From NCBI RefSeq assembly GCF_036588685.1, contig NC_086376.1, positions 81,137,630 to 81,201,629 on the forward strand: a DNA stretch of 64,000 nucleotides, written 5' to 3'. The notes beneath the pieces are model-generated. The model worked only from the letters and a program-made list of their open reading frames with translations. It was not told where the DNA came from and searched no databases. The stretch comes from Mytilus trossulus (lineage: Eukaryota). Each line of letters starts with the position of its first letter. The stretch's first letter is position 1. Made by a program: the position numbers and the translations under genes. Positions 51,324 through 64,000 of the stretch are shown here, in pieces.

Positions 51324-53281
51324 GGTTTATGTACCCTTCTGTAGCCATTTTTGTACAAACTTTTAAAACTTCAATTGTATCAAAACTACAGATATAATGA
51401 ATAGAGATAGGCCATTGTGTACATATTCCAAGGGGAAACTTGATGCAAAGCATTATTTTTTACTGTTCCATTGCATTTAATAGAAAAAGAGGATTTTGTG
51501 GCAAATAAATCAAGATTTTTATAGAAAATCCACAGCCTTTATCCTTGTACTCTCATATTTGGCAATTTGATGACTGATAGATATAGGATTATTGCATGCA
51601 GTGCTAGCAGTGATTTCCTTAATACAAGTTTATAAATGTAGTTATTGGTTAAAACAAATATATATATGGCCAAAATCAAGTACACCTTTTAGGGTGCGCT
51701 CGACTTTAGTGACTCAGCACGTGGTGTTTTGGAATTTACAGGTTGCTAAGAACTTTTTGTAAAAAATAAACACTAGCACATCATAGACAAGAGTGCACAC
51801 ACTGAAATGTCTCGCCTTCTTTACTAATCATTGATATTATGTTGATAGTCCTAAGTATAAAGCTTTATTACAACTGTCACATAAACTTAACATTAACCAA
51901 GATAGCTAAACAAAGACCAATGCACCATGAAAATGAGGTCAAGGTTAGATGAATCATGCCAGGCAGACATGTACAGCTAACAATGCTTCCATACAACAAA
52001 TATAGTTGACCTATTACTTAGAAAAATAGACCAAAACACAAAAACTTAACACTGTGCTATGAACCGTGAAATTGAGGTCATGGTCAAATAAAACCTGCCG
52101 GACTGACATTTAGATCATAATATATTTCAGTACACCAAATATAGTTGACCTTTGGCATATAATATTAGATAAAAAGACCAAAACTTCAAAAATTAACTTT
52201 GACCACTAAACCATGAAAATGAGGTCAAGGTCAGATGACATCTGCCCGCTAGACATGTACACCTTACAATCATTCCATACAACAAATATAGTAGATCTAT
52301 TGCATAAAGTATGAGAAAAACAGACCAAAACACAAAAACTTAACTATAACCACTGAACCATGAAAATGAGGTCAAGGTCAGATGACATCTGCCCGCTAGA
52401 CATGTACACCTTACAATCATTCCATACAACAAATATAGTAGACCTATTGCATAAAGTATGAGAAAAACAGACCAAAACACAAAAACTTAACTACATGTAT
52501 AACCACTGAACCATGAAAATGAGGTCAAGGTCAGGGGACACCTGCCAGTTGGACATGTACACCTTACAGTCCTTCCATACACCAAATATACTAGCCCTAT
52601 TGCTTATAGTATCTGAGATATGGACTTGACCACCAAAACTTAACCTTGTTCACTGATCCATGAAATGAGGTCGAGGTCAAGTGAAAACTGTCTGAAGGGC
52701 ATGAGGACCTTGCAAGGTACGCACATACCAAATATAGTTATCCTATTACTTATAATAAGAGAGAATTCAAGATTACAAAAATTCTGAACTTTTTTTTCAA
52801 GTGGTCACTGAACCATGAAAATGAGGTCAAAGACATTGGACATGTGACTGACGGAAACCTCGTATCATGAGGCATCTATATACAAAGTATGAAGCATCCA
52901 GGTCTTTAACCTTTTAAAATATAAACCTTTTAAGAAGTGAGCTAACACCGCTGCCGTAGCCGCCGCCGGATCACTATCCCTATGTCGAGCTTTCTGCAAC
53001 AAAAGTTGCAGGCTCGACAAAAATCAAGTGAGTAATTTATGTTTCAAATTTTATAACAAAAATCTCTGTATTAAAGGCTGTAAAAATCTTGATTTATTTG
53101 CCACAAAATCCTCTTTTTTTATCAAATGCAATGCAACAGTAAAAAAAAATGCTTTGCATAAAGTTTCCCCTTGGAATATGTACTAAATGGCCTATCTCTA
53201 TTATTCATTATATCTGTAGTTTTGATACAATTGAGGTTTGAAAAATTCGAACAAAAATGGCTACAGAAGGGTACATAAACC
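51324..53281. mobile_element. Foldback Kolobok-like element with ~215-bp TIRs and TTAA TSD, carrying a nested HINE
   Basis: TTAA|GGTTTATGTACCCTTCTGTAGCC... (51324-51540) is the reverse complement of ...GGCTACAGAAGGGTACATAAACC|TTAA (53070-53281). Confidence 0.85.
51787..53022 (-). mobile_element. Helentron/HINE-like element with ~145-bp internal tandem repeats, nested in the foldback element
   Basis: Repeated CCATGAAAATGAGGTCAAGGTCA units, (GCC)n microsatellite, and terminal hairpin TGTCGAGC..TGCAAC-AAAA-GTTGCA..GCTCGACA. Confidence 0.75.
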
Positions 53282-54582
53282 TTAATATATCAGAAGTGGC
53301 CGCTAACTTGGATTTCAAATCGACATCAACGCTATAAATTTTAGGAAGGGCCATTATACTTTTAATACATATACTTCAAAAACAATTACACCATTTAAAT
53401 AAGTCAGTCAGCAACGAAGGTTCAGCCAATCAGAAACCATCAGCATGGCTAATATAAATCTATTTGAAACTAAATACTATTGTCTTTTTATGAGGGCTTT
53501 TAAATCACATTGCTGTCATAAGCTGCATTTGACACAGTGGTTTTTCTCAATAAGCTATTGTTTTTACAATATTAGACAAAAGTAATGTAATAAACATTCC
53601 TAAACAGTCATTTTAAGCTTACAATACACTGTTCAGAGTCAAATATATTCATAGCTTTGAAAGACTAATTCCAATTTTATTAATATATTATTATATCTAA
53701 AATTCTACATATCTGTTATCACAGAGATATGTCTGGCCTTTTTGTAATTTTGTTAATGCAAATGTTGAAATTAAACATGTTAAAATAGCAATAATTTAAC
53801 ATGTAATCCAAGGCAAGATAAAATACTTGAATTCATTTACTAAGACATGTTATTCTTATCTTTAAAACCTTCATCCATCTGTACCTCTTTTGGTCAGATA
53901 TTATCAAGTCCATATGTATATCAATCCAAACAGAATATCAAACTCTATAAAAAATAATTAAAAAACATTTTCAAAGAAAGTGATTTCATTAAAAAACCTG
54001 TGTGATTCTAGAATAAAGGGCTATTCACTGCACAGCATAATGTCACCCTGTAAAAAAATAAGAGCTTCTTGATAGAATTCTTTTTAAAGGGAAACACTTG
54101 AAACATTGAAGATAAATCTTTAATCAGTCATGTGTTTGTAACCCATAAATGCCTTTTTAAGCATTTATGCGAAAATTTTAAAATAAATTGCCTTTCTTTG
54201 AAGCTTAGAATATATTTATGAAAATGATTGAGACAAAGGTACCAGTGAATATTAAGAATTATGACCCTAAGCATAAGTCTGCTTTCCTAAAGGTTACAAA
54301 AAAATCTATTTTCTTAGTTTCACAGTAAATACATAAAGGAGCCAATGAAATACTTTAACTCCTTTTTGGATGAAACATCAAGTTCTATATGTCATAGAAT
54401 AGTGCTAACAAAACTCTGTACAGTAGCTGAATCAGATTTGAGTTTTTATACCATGCAAAAGAAAATCAATAAAACTTATAAAAAGATTGAACTTTGACAA
54501 AAGTTGTAAAGAAAAACTCGCAAAAAATCTAGATGTCAACAAGGAGTAACAGTCATACACATGCATACCATAACACAACCAT

Positions 54583-57388
54583 AACCAGATGCTCCGCAGG
54601 GCGTAGCTTTATACGACCGCAGAGGTTGAACCCTGAACGGTTGGGGCAAGTATGGACACAACATTCAAGCTGGATTCAGCTCTAAATTTGGATTGTGATT
54701 AAATAGTTGACACAGCATAGGTTTCTGACACAGAATGAATGTGTTCTAATGAACTTAAAATTTTTGTTTTCTCTTAGAGCAATTCACTATGCTGTTGAAT
54801 ATTAAAGTCATAAGAAACGAGTGACCGGTAAAAAATAATGTTCTTCCAATTCTTAAACCAATGCATACAAACATCATAAACTTAGTCTTCTGTGCTCGAA
54901 TTTATCATTTTTTTCGTGTAAACTTCGTATAATCGTCAATTTTTTTTCAATCTGTCAGTGTTGTTGTGAAAATATGGCAGGTAATTAAAGTTCGTGTTTT
55001 GAAGCCGAAGTTTAACGATTGTCACCTGTTTGTCAACAATTGACGAAAAATAAACAAAAAAGCATGGAAATTGAGCACGTGTTTAACATGTAAATTCAGA
55101 TAATAGTTTATTTTAAGGACATCCATGCGTATTGTGGTAATCGGATTTTTACGAGATGGGTCACACTGAGGTCACCTTGCATACGGAAAATATATCGGGG
55201 GAATTGCTTGCTGGAAGGAAGCAATTCAAATAAAGTAAACTTCTTCTAAATATGAATAAATTAAAGAATTTTCTTCAGAAAAAAGTATATGTACATAAGT
55301 TTTACAATGAAAACTATCGATTGAGTTATAAAAAACATATACATTATTTTTTTTTGATTTGAGGTTTCTTATGACTTTAATCCTCTCAAAAAAATGTTTG
55401 AAGAAATTTTCATTTTATTTATGAAATTTCATTTCAAATGAGAAAATTGAACCCATTTTTTTTTATTACATCCCCCTTTCCCTTATTCCAAATTAATCTC
55501 AATTAAATTTCTAATGGAGTTTGCAACAATAACTACTCATTTAAATACATCATAAAATATTAAGATGAAAAAAAACTGCTTGTTATCACTGAATGGTAAA
55601 GATTATTTTAATTTATCAGTTGGTAGTAAAAAGTGAATATACATTGTATATAACAAAGATTTGAGTTGATTCTGGACAAAGAAAGATAACTCCAATTAAA
55701 AAAATATATTGCTATTTCACAATATTGTGCAATTAGATATTTCTTGCTTACTATTCTGGACAAAGAAAGATAACTCTTATTAAAAAAAAATATTGCTATT
55801 TCACAATATTGTGCAATTAGATATGTCTTGCCATTGTGCAATACTGTGCAATTGAAAAGACTTGCTATTGCACAATACTTAATATAATATTTTAGATCCT
55901 GATTTGGACCAACTTGAAAACTGGGCCCATAATCAAAAATCTAAGTACATGTTTGGATTCAGCATATCAAAGAACCCCAAGATTTCAATTTTTGTTAAAA
56001 TCAAACTAAGTTTAATTTTGGACCCTTTGGACTTTAATGTAGACCAATTTGAAAACAGGACCAAAAATGAAGAATCTACATACACAGTTAGATTTGGCAT
56101 ATCAAAGAACCCCATTTATTCAATTTTTAATGAAATCAAACAAAGTTTAATTTTGGACCCCGATTTGGACCAACTTGAAAACTGGGCCAATAATCAAGAA
56201 TCTAAATACATTTTTAGATTCAGCATATCAAAGAACCCAACCGACTAATTTTTTGTCAAAATCAAACTAAGTTTAATTTTGGACCCTTTGGACCTTAATG
56301 TAGACCAATTTGAAAATGGACCAAAAATGAAGAATCTACATACACAGTTAGATTTGGCATATCAAAGAACCCCATTTATTCAATTTTTAATGAAATCAAA
56401 CAAAGTTTAATTTTGGACCCCGATTTGGACCAACTTGAAAACTGGGACAATAATCAAGAATCTAAATACATTTTTAGATTCAGCATATCAAAGAACCCAA
56501 CCGATTCATTTTTTGTCAAAATCAAACTAAGTTTAATTTTGGACCCTTTGGACCTTAATGTAGACCAATTTGAAAATGGACCAAAAATTAAGAATTTACA
56601 TACACAGTTAGATTCCACATATCAAAGAACCCCAATTATTCAATTCTTGATGAAATCAAACAAAGTTTAATTTTGGACCCTTTGGGCCCCTTTTTCCTAA
56701 ACTGTTAGGACCAAAACTCCAAAAATCATTACCAACCTTCCTTTTATGGTCATAAAACTTGTGTTTAAATTTCATAGATTTCTATTTACTTGTACTAAAG
56801 TTATGGTGCGAAAACCAAGAAAAATGCTTATTTGGGTCCCTTTTTGGCCCCTAATTCCTAAACTGTTGGGACCTAAACTCCCAAAATCAATATCAACCTT
56901 CCTTTTGTGGTCATAAACATTGTGTATAAATTTCATTGATTTCTATAAACTTAAACTAAAGTTATTGTGCGAAAACCAAGAATAATGCTTATTTGGGCCC
57001 TTTTTTGGCCCCTAATTCCTAAACTGTTGAAACCAAAACTCCCAAAATCAATCCCAACCTTTCTTTTGTGGTCATAAACCTTTTGTTAAAATTTCATAGA
57101 TTTCTATACACTTAAACTAAAGTTATAGCGTGAAAACCAAGAAAATGCTTATTTGGGCCCTTTTTGGCCCATAATTCCTAAAATGTTGGGACCAAAACTC
57201 CCAAAATCAATACCAACCTTCCTTTTGTGGTCATAAACCTTGTGTTTAAATTTCATAGATTTCTATTCACTTTTACTAAAGTTAGAGTGCGAAAACTAAA
57301 AGTATTCGGACGACGACGACGACGACGACGCCAACGTGATAGCAATATACGACGAAATTTTTTTCAAAATTTGCGGTCGTATAAAAAA
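54583..57388 (-). mobile_element. Inverted second copy of the 31954-33935 HINE-like element, with more internal repeats and a nested MITE
   Basis: Reverse complement of copy 1 end to end, with high identity by eye. Confidence 0.85.
54806..55376. mobile_element. Kolobok-like MITE (571 bp) with TTAA TSD
   Basis: TTAA|AGTCATAAGAAAC ... GTTTCTTATGACT|TTAA. The paralogous HINE copy shows the empty single-TTAA site (GAGGATTAATATTC at ~33708-33721). Confidence 0.9.
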
Positions 57389-57842
57389 ATCAGAGTGATT
57401 TGAGTCCCTGGCAAGTTTGAACTTGTAATTTACAAAATATCATTTCTTATTATGATACTCTATCTGTCTATGTAGCAGAAAACTTTAACATGAAGTTCTG
57501 TTCATTGTTTCATTTCAGAAATAGGTTGACATTAATGTGCTATTTTTTTCAAAACATAAGTATTTAAAATTTGGTAAAAAATCAAACTGATATTATGCTG
57601 CTCACAGCACTTATTTTCCTTACCCTCTTCAAATATGCATCAGATGACAGATTCTTACATAAAACACTGATTAACAACTCAATATCACCATACACTATAA
57701 ACTGCAATGCATGTTTAAGAAATGACTTTTGTTGGCTCGATATGCAACGGCTAAAAATGATATCACATATACTCTGTATAAATTCATTACAAGAACTTGT
57801 TTTCATATAAAATAGAACTCTTTGCATATAAAATCACACAAT

Positions 57843-60800
57843 TCACGAATCATCGTCTTCTTCTGTGTTATTATTTTGTGATGTTGCTAAATTACTGTCA
57901 AAAATATCTACTGGATTTGGATAATTGTCCTGTAATGAAGAATCTACCCCATTTAAATCTTTTCTACACACTGGACAAGTTCCATGCTGTAAAAGAAATT
58001 TAACCATACAGTACATATAAAAAAATAAGACTAATGCAATATAAAAACAAGAATGTGTCCAAAGTACACGGATGCCCCACTTGCACTATCATTTTCTATG
58101 TTCAGTGGACCGTGAAATTAGGGTCAAAACTTTGATTTGGAATTAAAATAAGAAAGATCATATCATAGGGAACATGTGTACTAAGTTTCAAGTTGATTAG
58201 ACTTCAACTTCTTCAAATCTACCTTGACCAAAAACTTTAACCTGAAGCGAACAGACGCACAGACGGATGGACGAACGGACAAGCGAACGGAGGCACAGAC
58301 CAGAAAACATAATGCCCCTCTACTATAATTTTGTAGGTGGGGCATAATAAGGAGATGCGGTATGACAGCTCAGTATACTTTCAACTAGAAACCGTATGAT
58401 GAGCATGTAATCAACTGAAGGTTTCATTCTTATTTTGTACTGTTACATCACTGTCTCAGGTTAATGGAGGGTTGGGATCCTGCTTACATGTTTAACCCTG
58501 CCCCATTCTCTATGTATGTACCTGTCCCTAGTCAGGAGTGTGTAATTCTGTGGTTGCCTTTTGTTTATGTGTTTCATATTTGTTTCTGTTCATTTTTTTG
58601 TACATTAATAAGGTTGTTATTGTTACCTGTTTAAATTGTTTTACAATGTCATTTCAGGGTCTTTTAAAGATGACTATGCGTTATGGGCTTTGATCATTTT
58701 TTGAAGGATGTACAGTGACCTATACTTGTTAATTTATGTGTCCTTTTGGTCTCTGGTGAAGAGTTGTCTCATTGGCAATCATACCACATCTTCTTTTCTA
58801 TAATAATGGCCTTTGCCAATGAGCTTTTAATGACAATATTTTACTTATAGAAATCCGACAATGAATTGTATTGGCTCTACATAATTCATTGGACTTACTA
58901 TGAACAAGAATGTGTCCATAGCGAACAGATGTCCCACTAACACTTTCATTTTCTATGATCAGGACAGTGAAATTTTGGGTCAAATTTTAATTGACATTAA
59001 AATTAGAAAGAATGTATCATAGGGAACATGTGTACTAAGTATCCAGTTGATTGGACTTTTAACTTCATTAAAAACTACGCTGATCAAAAACTTTAACCTG
59101 AAGCAGATGAATGGACAGATAATTGATGCACAGACTGAAAAGCAGCCCTTTGAAGAAAAAGCTGTTAGAAAGATTCAAATAAAGAAATTAGTTACAGGCC
59201 CATAGCCAGGAATTTCCAAGTGAAGTGGGGTATTTGGACTTATGAACTCGACTTTAAAAGTCACAATATGAACAGAACTTTGACTTTAACAGTGGTTATT
59301 TGGTTTTAAGGGGGGGGGGGGGGTTCAACACCCTCCCCCCCCCCCCCTGGCTATTGGTATGAGTTACCACATCTTTAGTATTTCTGGGACATTTCTTCAA
59401 AGGAATATTTTATAAGTAATTTACCATCTAATATGAAATTGGCTCTACTTTAATAATTGTATATGCAACAACCAAGCTGACATGATTGTTCTTATCTGAA
59501 AAAAGTTTAACATTTTTTGTTTGGTAAGGACTTCCAAAACTGTTATATTTGCTGGATAATTTTTGTTTTCTAATAAATTTCTGTATATAAAATGAACTAG
59601 CATGTTAACTAGACAGGCAAACAAGTACCTGACATTGATCATTCCATTTCAAGTTGTCATACAATTTTGGCTGGGGAGAAAATCATAAATTAGAAATAAT
59701 AATATCAAATTGGTTAAATTCAAAATGATAATTTTACTAAAAGGAGACACACTTTTGATAAATTGTTTGTGGTTGCATATTTTTATTTAGAATCTTGTAA
59801 GAATTATAAGTAGAATGAAATTTTTCTGTAATAGGTGGTTGGGGTAAAAAAAAAAAGTGCCTTCTGTTGAGATTAGCAGAAAATTAATATCCAATCTAAT
59901 AGGTTATTAGTTAACAGTCAGTAAACAGAATGACAATCAAAATATATAGTAAGTACCTTCTAATGTTGTGACCTTATTCCTTAAACTTAAACCCCTTTTA
60001 TGAATATCCTTCTTTGACACAAATGTCTTTATTAAAATTGGAAAAATGTGTATGGCTTGCTCATTTTTTTTTATGGAACCCCAGGTTTGGGTAAAATGCC
60101 TCAAAAATACAATTCAATATTTACATTAAATATTTTATAGTTAATCTGGTATCTTGATAAAACTTACCATTTCTAACCATTTTACTATACAGTCATTATG
60201 ATAATAGTGATCACAGGGTAACCGTTTTACTTCTTCATCTAAACTAAAATCTTCAAAACATATAGCACAATGTGCACCTTTATCTGAAATGAAAGGGAAT
60301 TCATATCAATTATTCATCTGTAAGGAAGAGCTACAATACATCAAAATTTTATGAAATTTTCTGTATCAGGGTCAGCCAGGGAATACTTTCAACAATATTG
60401 AAATTGGAAACACAACTTTATGTCAAAGAGGCAAGTGAATTTTTCTTTTTATGCTTATGACATCGGCTTATATCTATTTATATCAATATTTGTTTAGAGT
60501 GTGAACACATTATAGTCTACAGCTTACAATTTTCAAGCTAAAATAATGCTGATTGACTGTATTTTGCTTAGTTACACATTCTCATGCATATTATGGAACA
60601 AATTACAAAACAAATTCAGTCCATCAATACACAGGATCATAAATGTCGGTGGATGAGAAAGAAAACATACTTTGACTTCTGCATAAAGGTTAAGTCACCT
60701 TGGATACAAAACAAATTCACTTCTTTAATGTGTAGGATCTAAAATGTTGGTGTATGAGAAAGAGAGTAAACTTTGACTTCTGCATAAAGGTAAGGTCACA

Positions 60801-63477
60801 TTAGGTAGGGACAGAATATTAGTCTTACAATATGTCACATATGAACCCTCAAGGTGCATTCAGCATACATGTTCAGCTGAGATGTGCCTTAAATCTCAGA
60901 AACACAAAAAGAGGGGACATGATGTATTTATGTAAATATGTTCTATTCTTTAGGATACAATTACTTACCTACTAACTTTGGTGTTATTTTAATTGAAGGT
61001 AATGAATCTATTTTACTTTTCTCAGCGGGAGCTGGACCAGAACCTTCTAATTGATTCAATAACTGAAAAGATAACAAATGTAGATTAAGTATTGAAACAC
61101 ATAGGCTTTAAGGAAAGACACTGTAAAATCAACTATATAAATCAGTTTCATTGATTTGTATTTTAATGTATCTGGGTAATCTTACCAATTGTTTGAATAA
61201 ACTTATTCTTAAAGGTTACCTTTTAAACACAGTAGTTAAATATTTGAATACAGTCTGGATCAAACTTTTTTTAGACGAAAAATAGATTTGACCTTTTCTA
61301 CTATAATTTCAACTAAAATAGCAAACAATTTCTGTCTGACATTTTGTTATACACTGTGTAAACACCGGTTTTGTTATCAGTAAATTAAAATAATACAAAA
61401 TATTAGAAATATGTACTTTCACAGTACTACAATCTGTCAATACTTATAGTTTGGCATTGCACAAGGTCAAGGTTTTCTCTGACAGTTAACGTTTTTTTGA
61501 CACTAAATCCATTGGATGTTGGATGTGTACCGATTGATATTTTAGTCTTAAAAACATGATTTTTTTTTCATTATGTGTATTGGCTCTGAACTTGTTGTCA
61601 TCAACTGCAAGTACTCTCAGATCTGTACTTATCATTCCTTCAATGAGTTACTATAATTTTTTATGAGAATTGTAAATAGTTATTTGAAATTTGATTAAAA
61701 TTTTTAAAAATATTCTTGCTACAAAGGATAAACTATTTGAACTAGTTTTTTTATAAACTTATGATGGAGGATAATTCACAAATTAAAGGACAAATGACCT
61801 GCGTCTGATAGAAAGTGTATTTTTCGATGTAGATCTATAAGACTTTGAACGATTTTAAGTAGTCAAATTACAAAATCAAAAGATGACTGTTGGTCTGTTT
61901 TGTAGAGTTCTTATTACAAATCATCTTTCAAACAGTAACAGACTTCTCCTTGAGATTTGTTTTTGCTTTCTTCAAAGATGTTTAATCCTATTAATACATG
62001 GTCTTTTGTTCTTTACATAAATAAATAAGGTATATACATTTTTTTTAAACATTAGAATTAGTTTACCTGTGTAACAATATTGTCTAGTCCATGGACACCC
62101 CAGGCATAATCTCCTGGATTACCATGCATCATGGGTATAAAATTTCTGAAGAATAAAAGAGATATCTGTCATTTTAAAATTACAAGTTAGTTTGTTTTCA
62201 AAGGTCCAAATCCAAAGTTTACTAGTCTGAATTATGGTGGCAATAGACAGTTTTGCATTAAATATGTACATTTTGTATCAATCCATGGACATTATAATAG
62301 ATAGTGGCTACACATATTTAAATAATGGAATATATTTACATAATTTTCCATTGGTTATTAACATAGGTAAACAAAACTTTCCCCAGTGTACGATTTTTTA
62401 GGACTTTAAATATAATTCTTGGTAAAAACAGACTTTTACAGGTTAGAAGCCAGCACACCAGCTTTACAGTTACACATTGAAATTACAAGGGCTAACTGTT
62501 CATAAGTTACTTAGGATCTGTTAGAATGTTCCAAGTATTTCCAACAGATTTTTCAGAAAAAGCTGTTAGAGGATATAAGGCACTTAAATATGAACCATTG
62601 GACAATGGTTCAAATGTCTTTTCATATTGTAAATACTCAGGTTTCTTGTTTTAAATGTATGGGTCTTGATTGTAAGATTAGAATATTAGTTTCCAGTTGG
62701 CTCAATATCTTTAATTGTTTTTCCATAGGCGATAATGGTAACGTTTTTTCCTGTAGCTCAGTCCATATCGTAAACTTGGATAAGTATGATAGCTCGTTTC
62801 GAAGCTGTGACATTTTCACATATGTGGTTAAATTTTCGGGGTACGAAGTGAGATTACTTTTTACGTAAATTAGCAAACCCCGAACATCCTTTTGTGATGC
62901 GGCTCCTTGTGGTAAAATATCCCCTTTTTAACACAATAAGTTCTTTGAAAATTTAATACTTTAAAAACATTCAATAGCTCCATAGTTTTTAAACATTTAT
63001 TCTATGTTCCTCTACTTTCCTAATCACCACAAATAATTAAGTTCAGTCATTTGTTAAAAATAGAAACATGTCCAATATCACTACACAGAGATTTTTTCTT
63101 TACTCATGACTTTTGAGTTCCTCATTTCAAGGTGCATTAGGGATGTTGTCCCAATTGTCCTCGTATATTCTAATAGAAGTTCTTCAAAATTGTAAATATT
63201 CTTTGATATCCAATTTAATTGTTAAATTGAATTTTCATGATTTGTGTAACAAAAAAATCTTAGCTTTCAATTTATTTTAATAATCATTGTTTTCATCTTA
63301 AATATTGTTTTCTAAAATGATTATCAATGCCATACTTGACCAGTAATAGGCTTCAATATAATGTTGGTAAATAGAGACTAATTTTATGGTATTCACTATT
63401 TAAACATTTTAAAAAACAAAACTTACAATGCTGGACCATGGGCATCTGATAATCTGTCTATAAACATTTGTAACAAC
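57843..63477 (-). CDS. RNF115: E3 ubiquitin ligase RNF115/RNF126-like, 3' partial; exons 63477-63427, 62145-62067, 61062-60969, 60283-60168, 57986-57843 (5' exons outside window)
   Basis: Spliced product ...[42 protein letters not shown]...CAICFEDF...[29 protein letters not shown] (RING-H2). Phases are consistent. The gene is invisible in the ORF track because the exons are short. Confidence 0.92.
58047..58347 (-). mobile_element. Short HINE-like element; a truncated second copy lies at ~58902-59140
   Basis: AACAAGAATGTGTCC start, GACG/GACA-type microsatellite and terminal hairpin ATGCCCC..CTAC...GTAG.TGGGGCAT. Confidence 0.65.
59195..59361. mobile_element. Small MITE-like element with poly-G/poly-C arm
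   Basis: Imperfect TIR CAGGCCCATAGCCAGG / CCTGGCTATTGGTATG and an internal Gn...Cn inverted tract. Confidence 0.4.
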
Positions 63478-64000
63478 CTGCAATATAATAAGGGAACTTT
63501 TTTATTCAGAATATTTAAAGCATAATACATATAGTAGTTAAAACATTTGTAAAGGGTTCAACATGAACAGAGTCATACCTGCAGCTGCTACCTTAGTGTA
63601 AGAGTGTAATATTGACTGCCCCAAAAATACTGAATTGTCTCACCTCCTTTTCTAATAACGATATAACTATTGTGTAAATTATGTCGTAGAGAATAAACAA
63701 ACTTATTCATAATAATATTATCCATGTAAATGAGGTTAAAATCTCATGAAATCTGCCAGACGGAAATTTAAACCTTGCAATTATTCCGTACATCAACTAT
63801 AGATAAGGCCACACCAATTTGATTCCTTGTTCGACGGACCCGCCCGCACCTATTTTTTTCAAAACAGATTTTTTTTTTTAAATTTTATATTCCCGCTTCC
63901 CTCATCCGGAAATGTAATCATGTCCATTTCCAGCACCGTTGTTTTTGTAAATTTATAAAAAGATATCAACATTTTTTTTAAATCACAGTCTAACCTGTAT

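Overview
AT-rich, intron-containing eukaryotic DNA. The repeat families and hammerhead-ribozyme units suggest a bivalve mollusc, probably Mytilus (inference). Six spliced protein-coding genes were reconstructed by hand. (i) Three secreted Gly/Ser-rich structural proteins (A1 +, B -, A2 +) carry signal peptides, basic cleavage sites and a shared GGGK[YW]GG[SK]SGKW C-terminus; they sit in a duplicated head-to-head promoter cassette. (ii) UBTD1/2. (iii) A CYYR1/Shisa-like single-pass membrane protein whose intron-1/exon-2 junction is amplified into about 113 tandem 87-bp units, each with a splice acceptor and a variant Cys/Tyr module (9.8 kb). (iv) The 3' five exons of an RNF115/RNF126 RING-H2 E3 ligase. 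The rest is mobile DNA: a hammerhead retrozyme unit, Penelope-like and CR1/L2-type fragments, a Gypsy relic, Helentron/HINE-like elements and several TTAA-flanked Kolobok-like MITEs, some nested. The best candidate for a novel system is the acceptor-plus-module array in the Shisa/CYYR1-like gene. All coordinates were read by eye and no searches were run.
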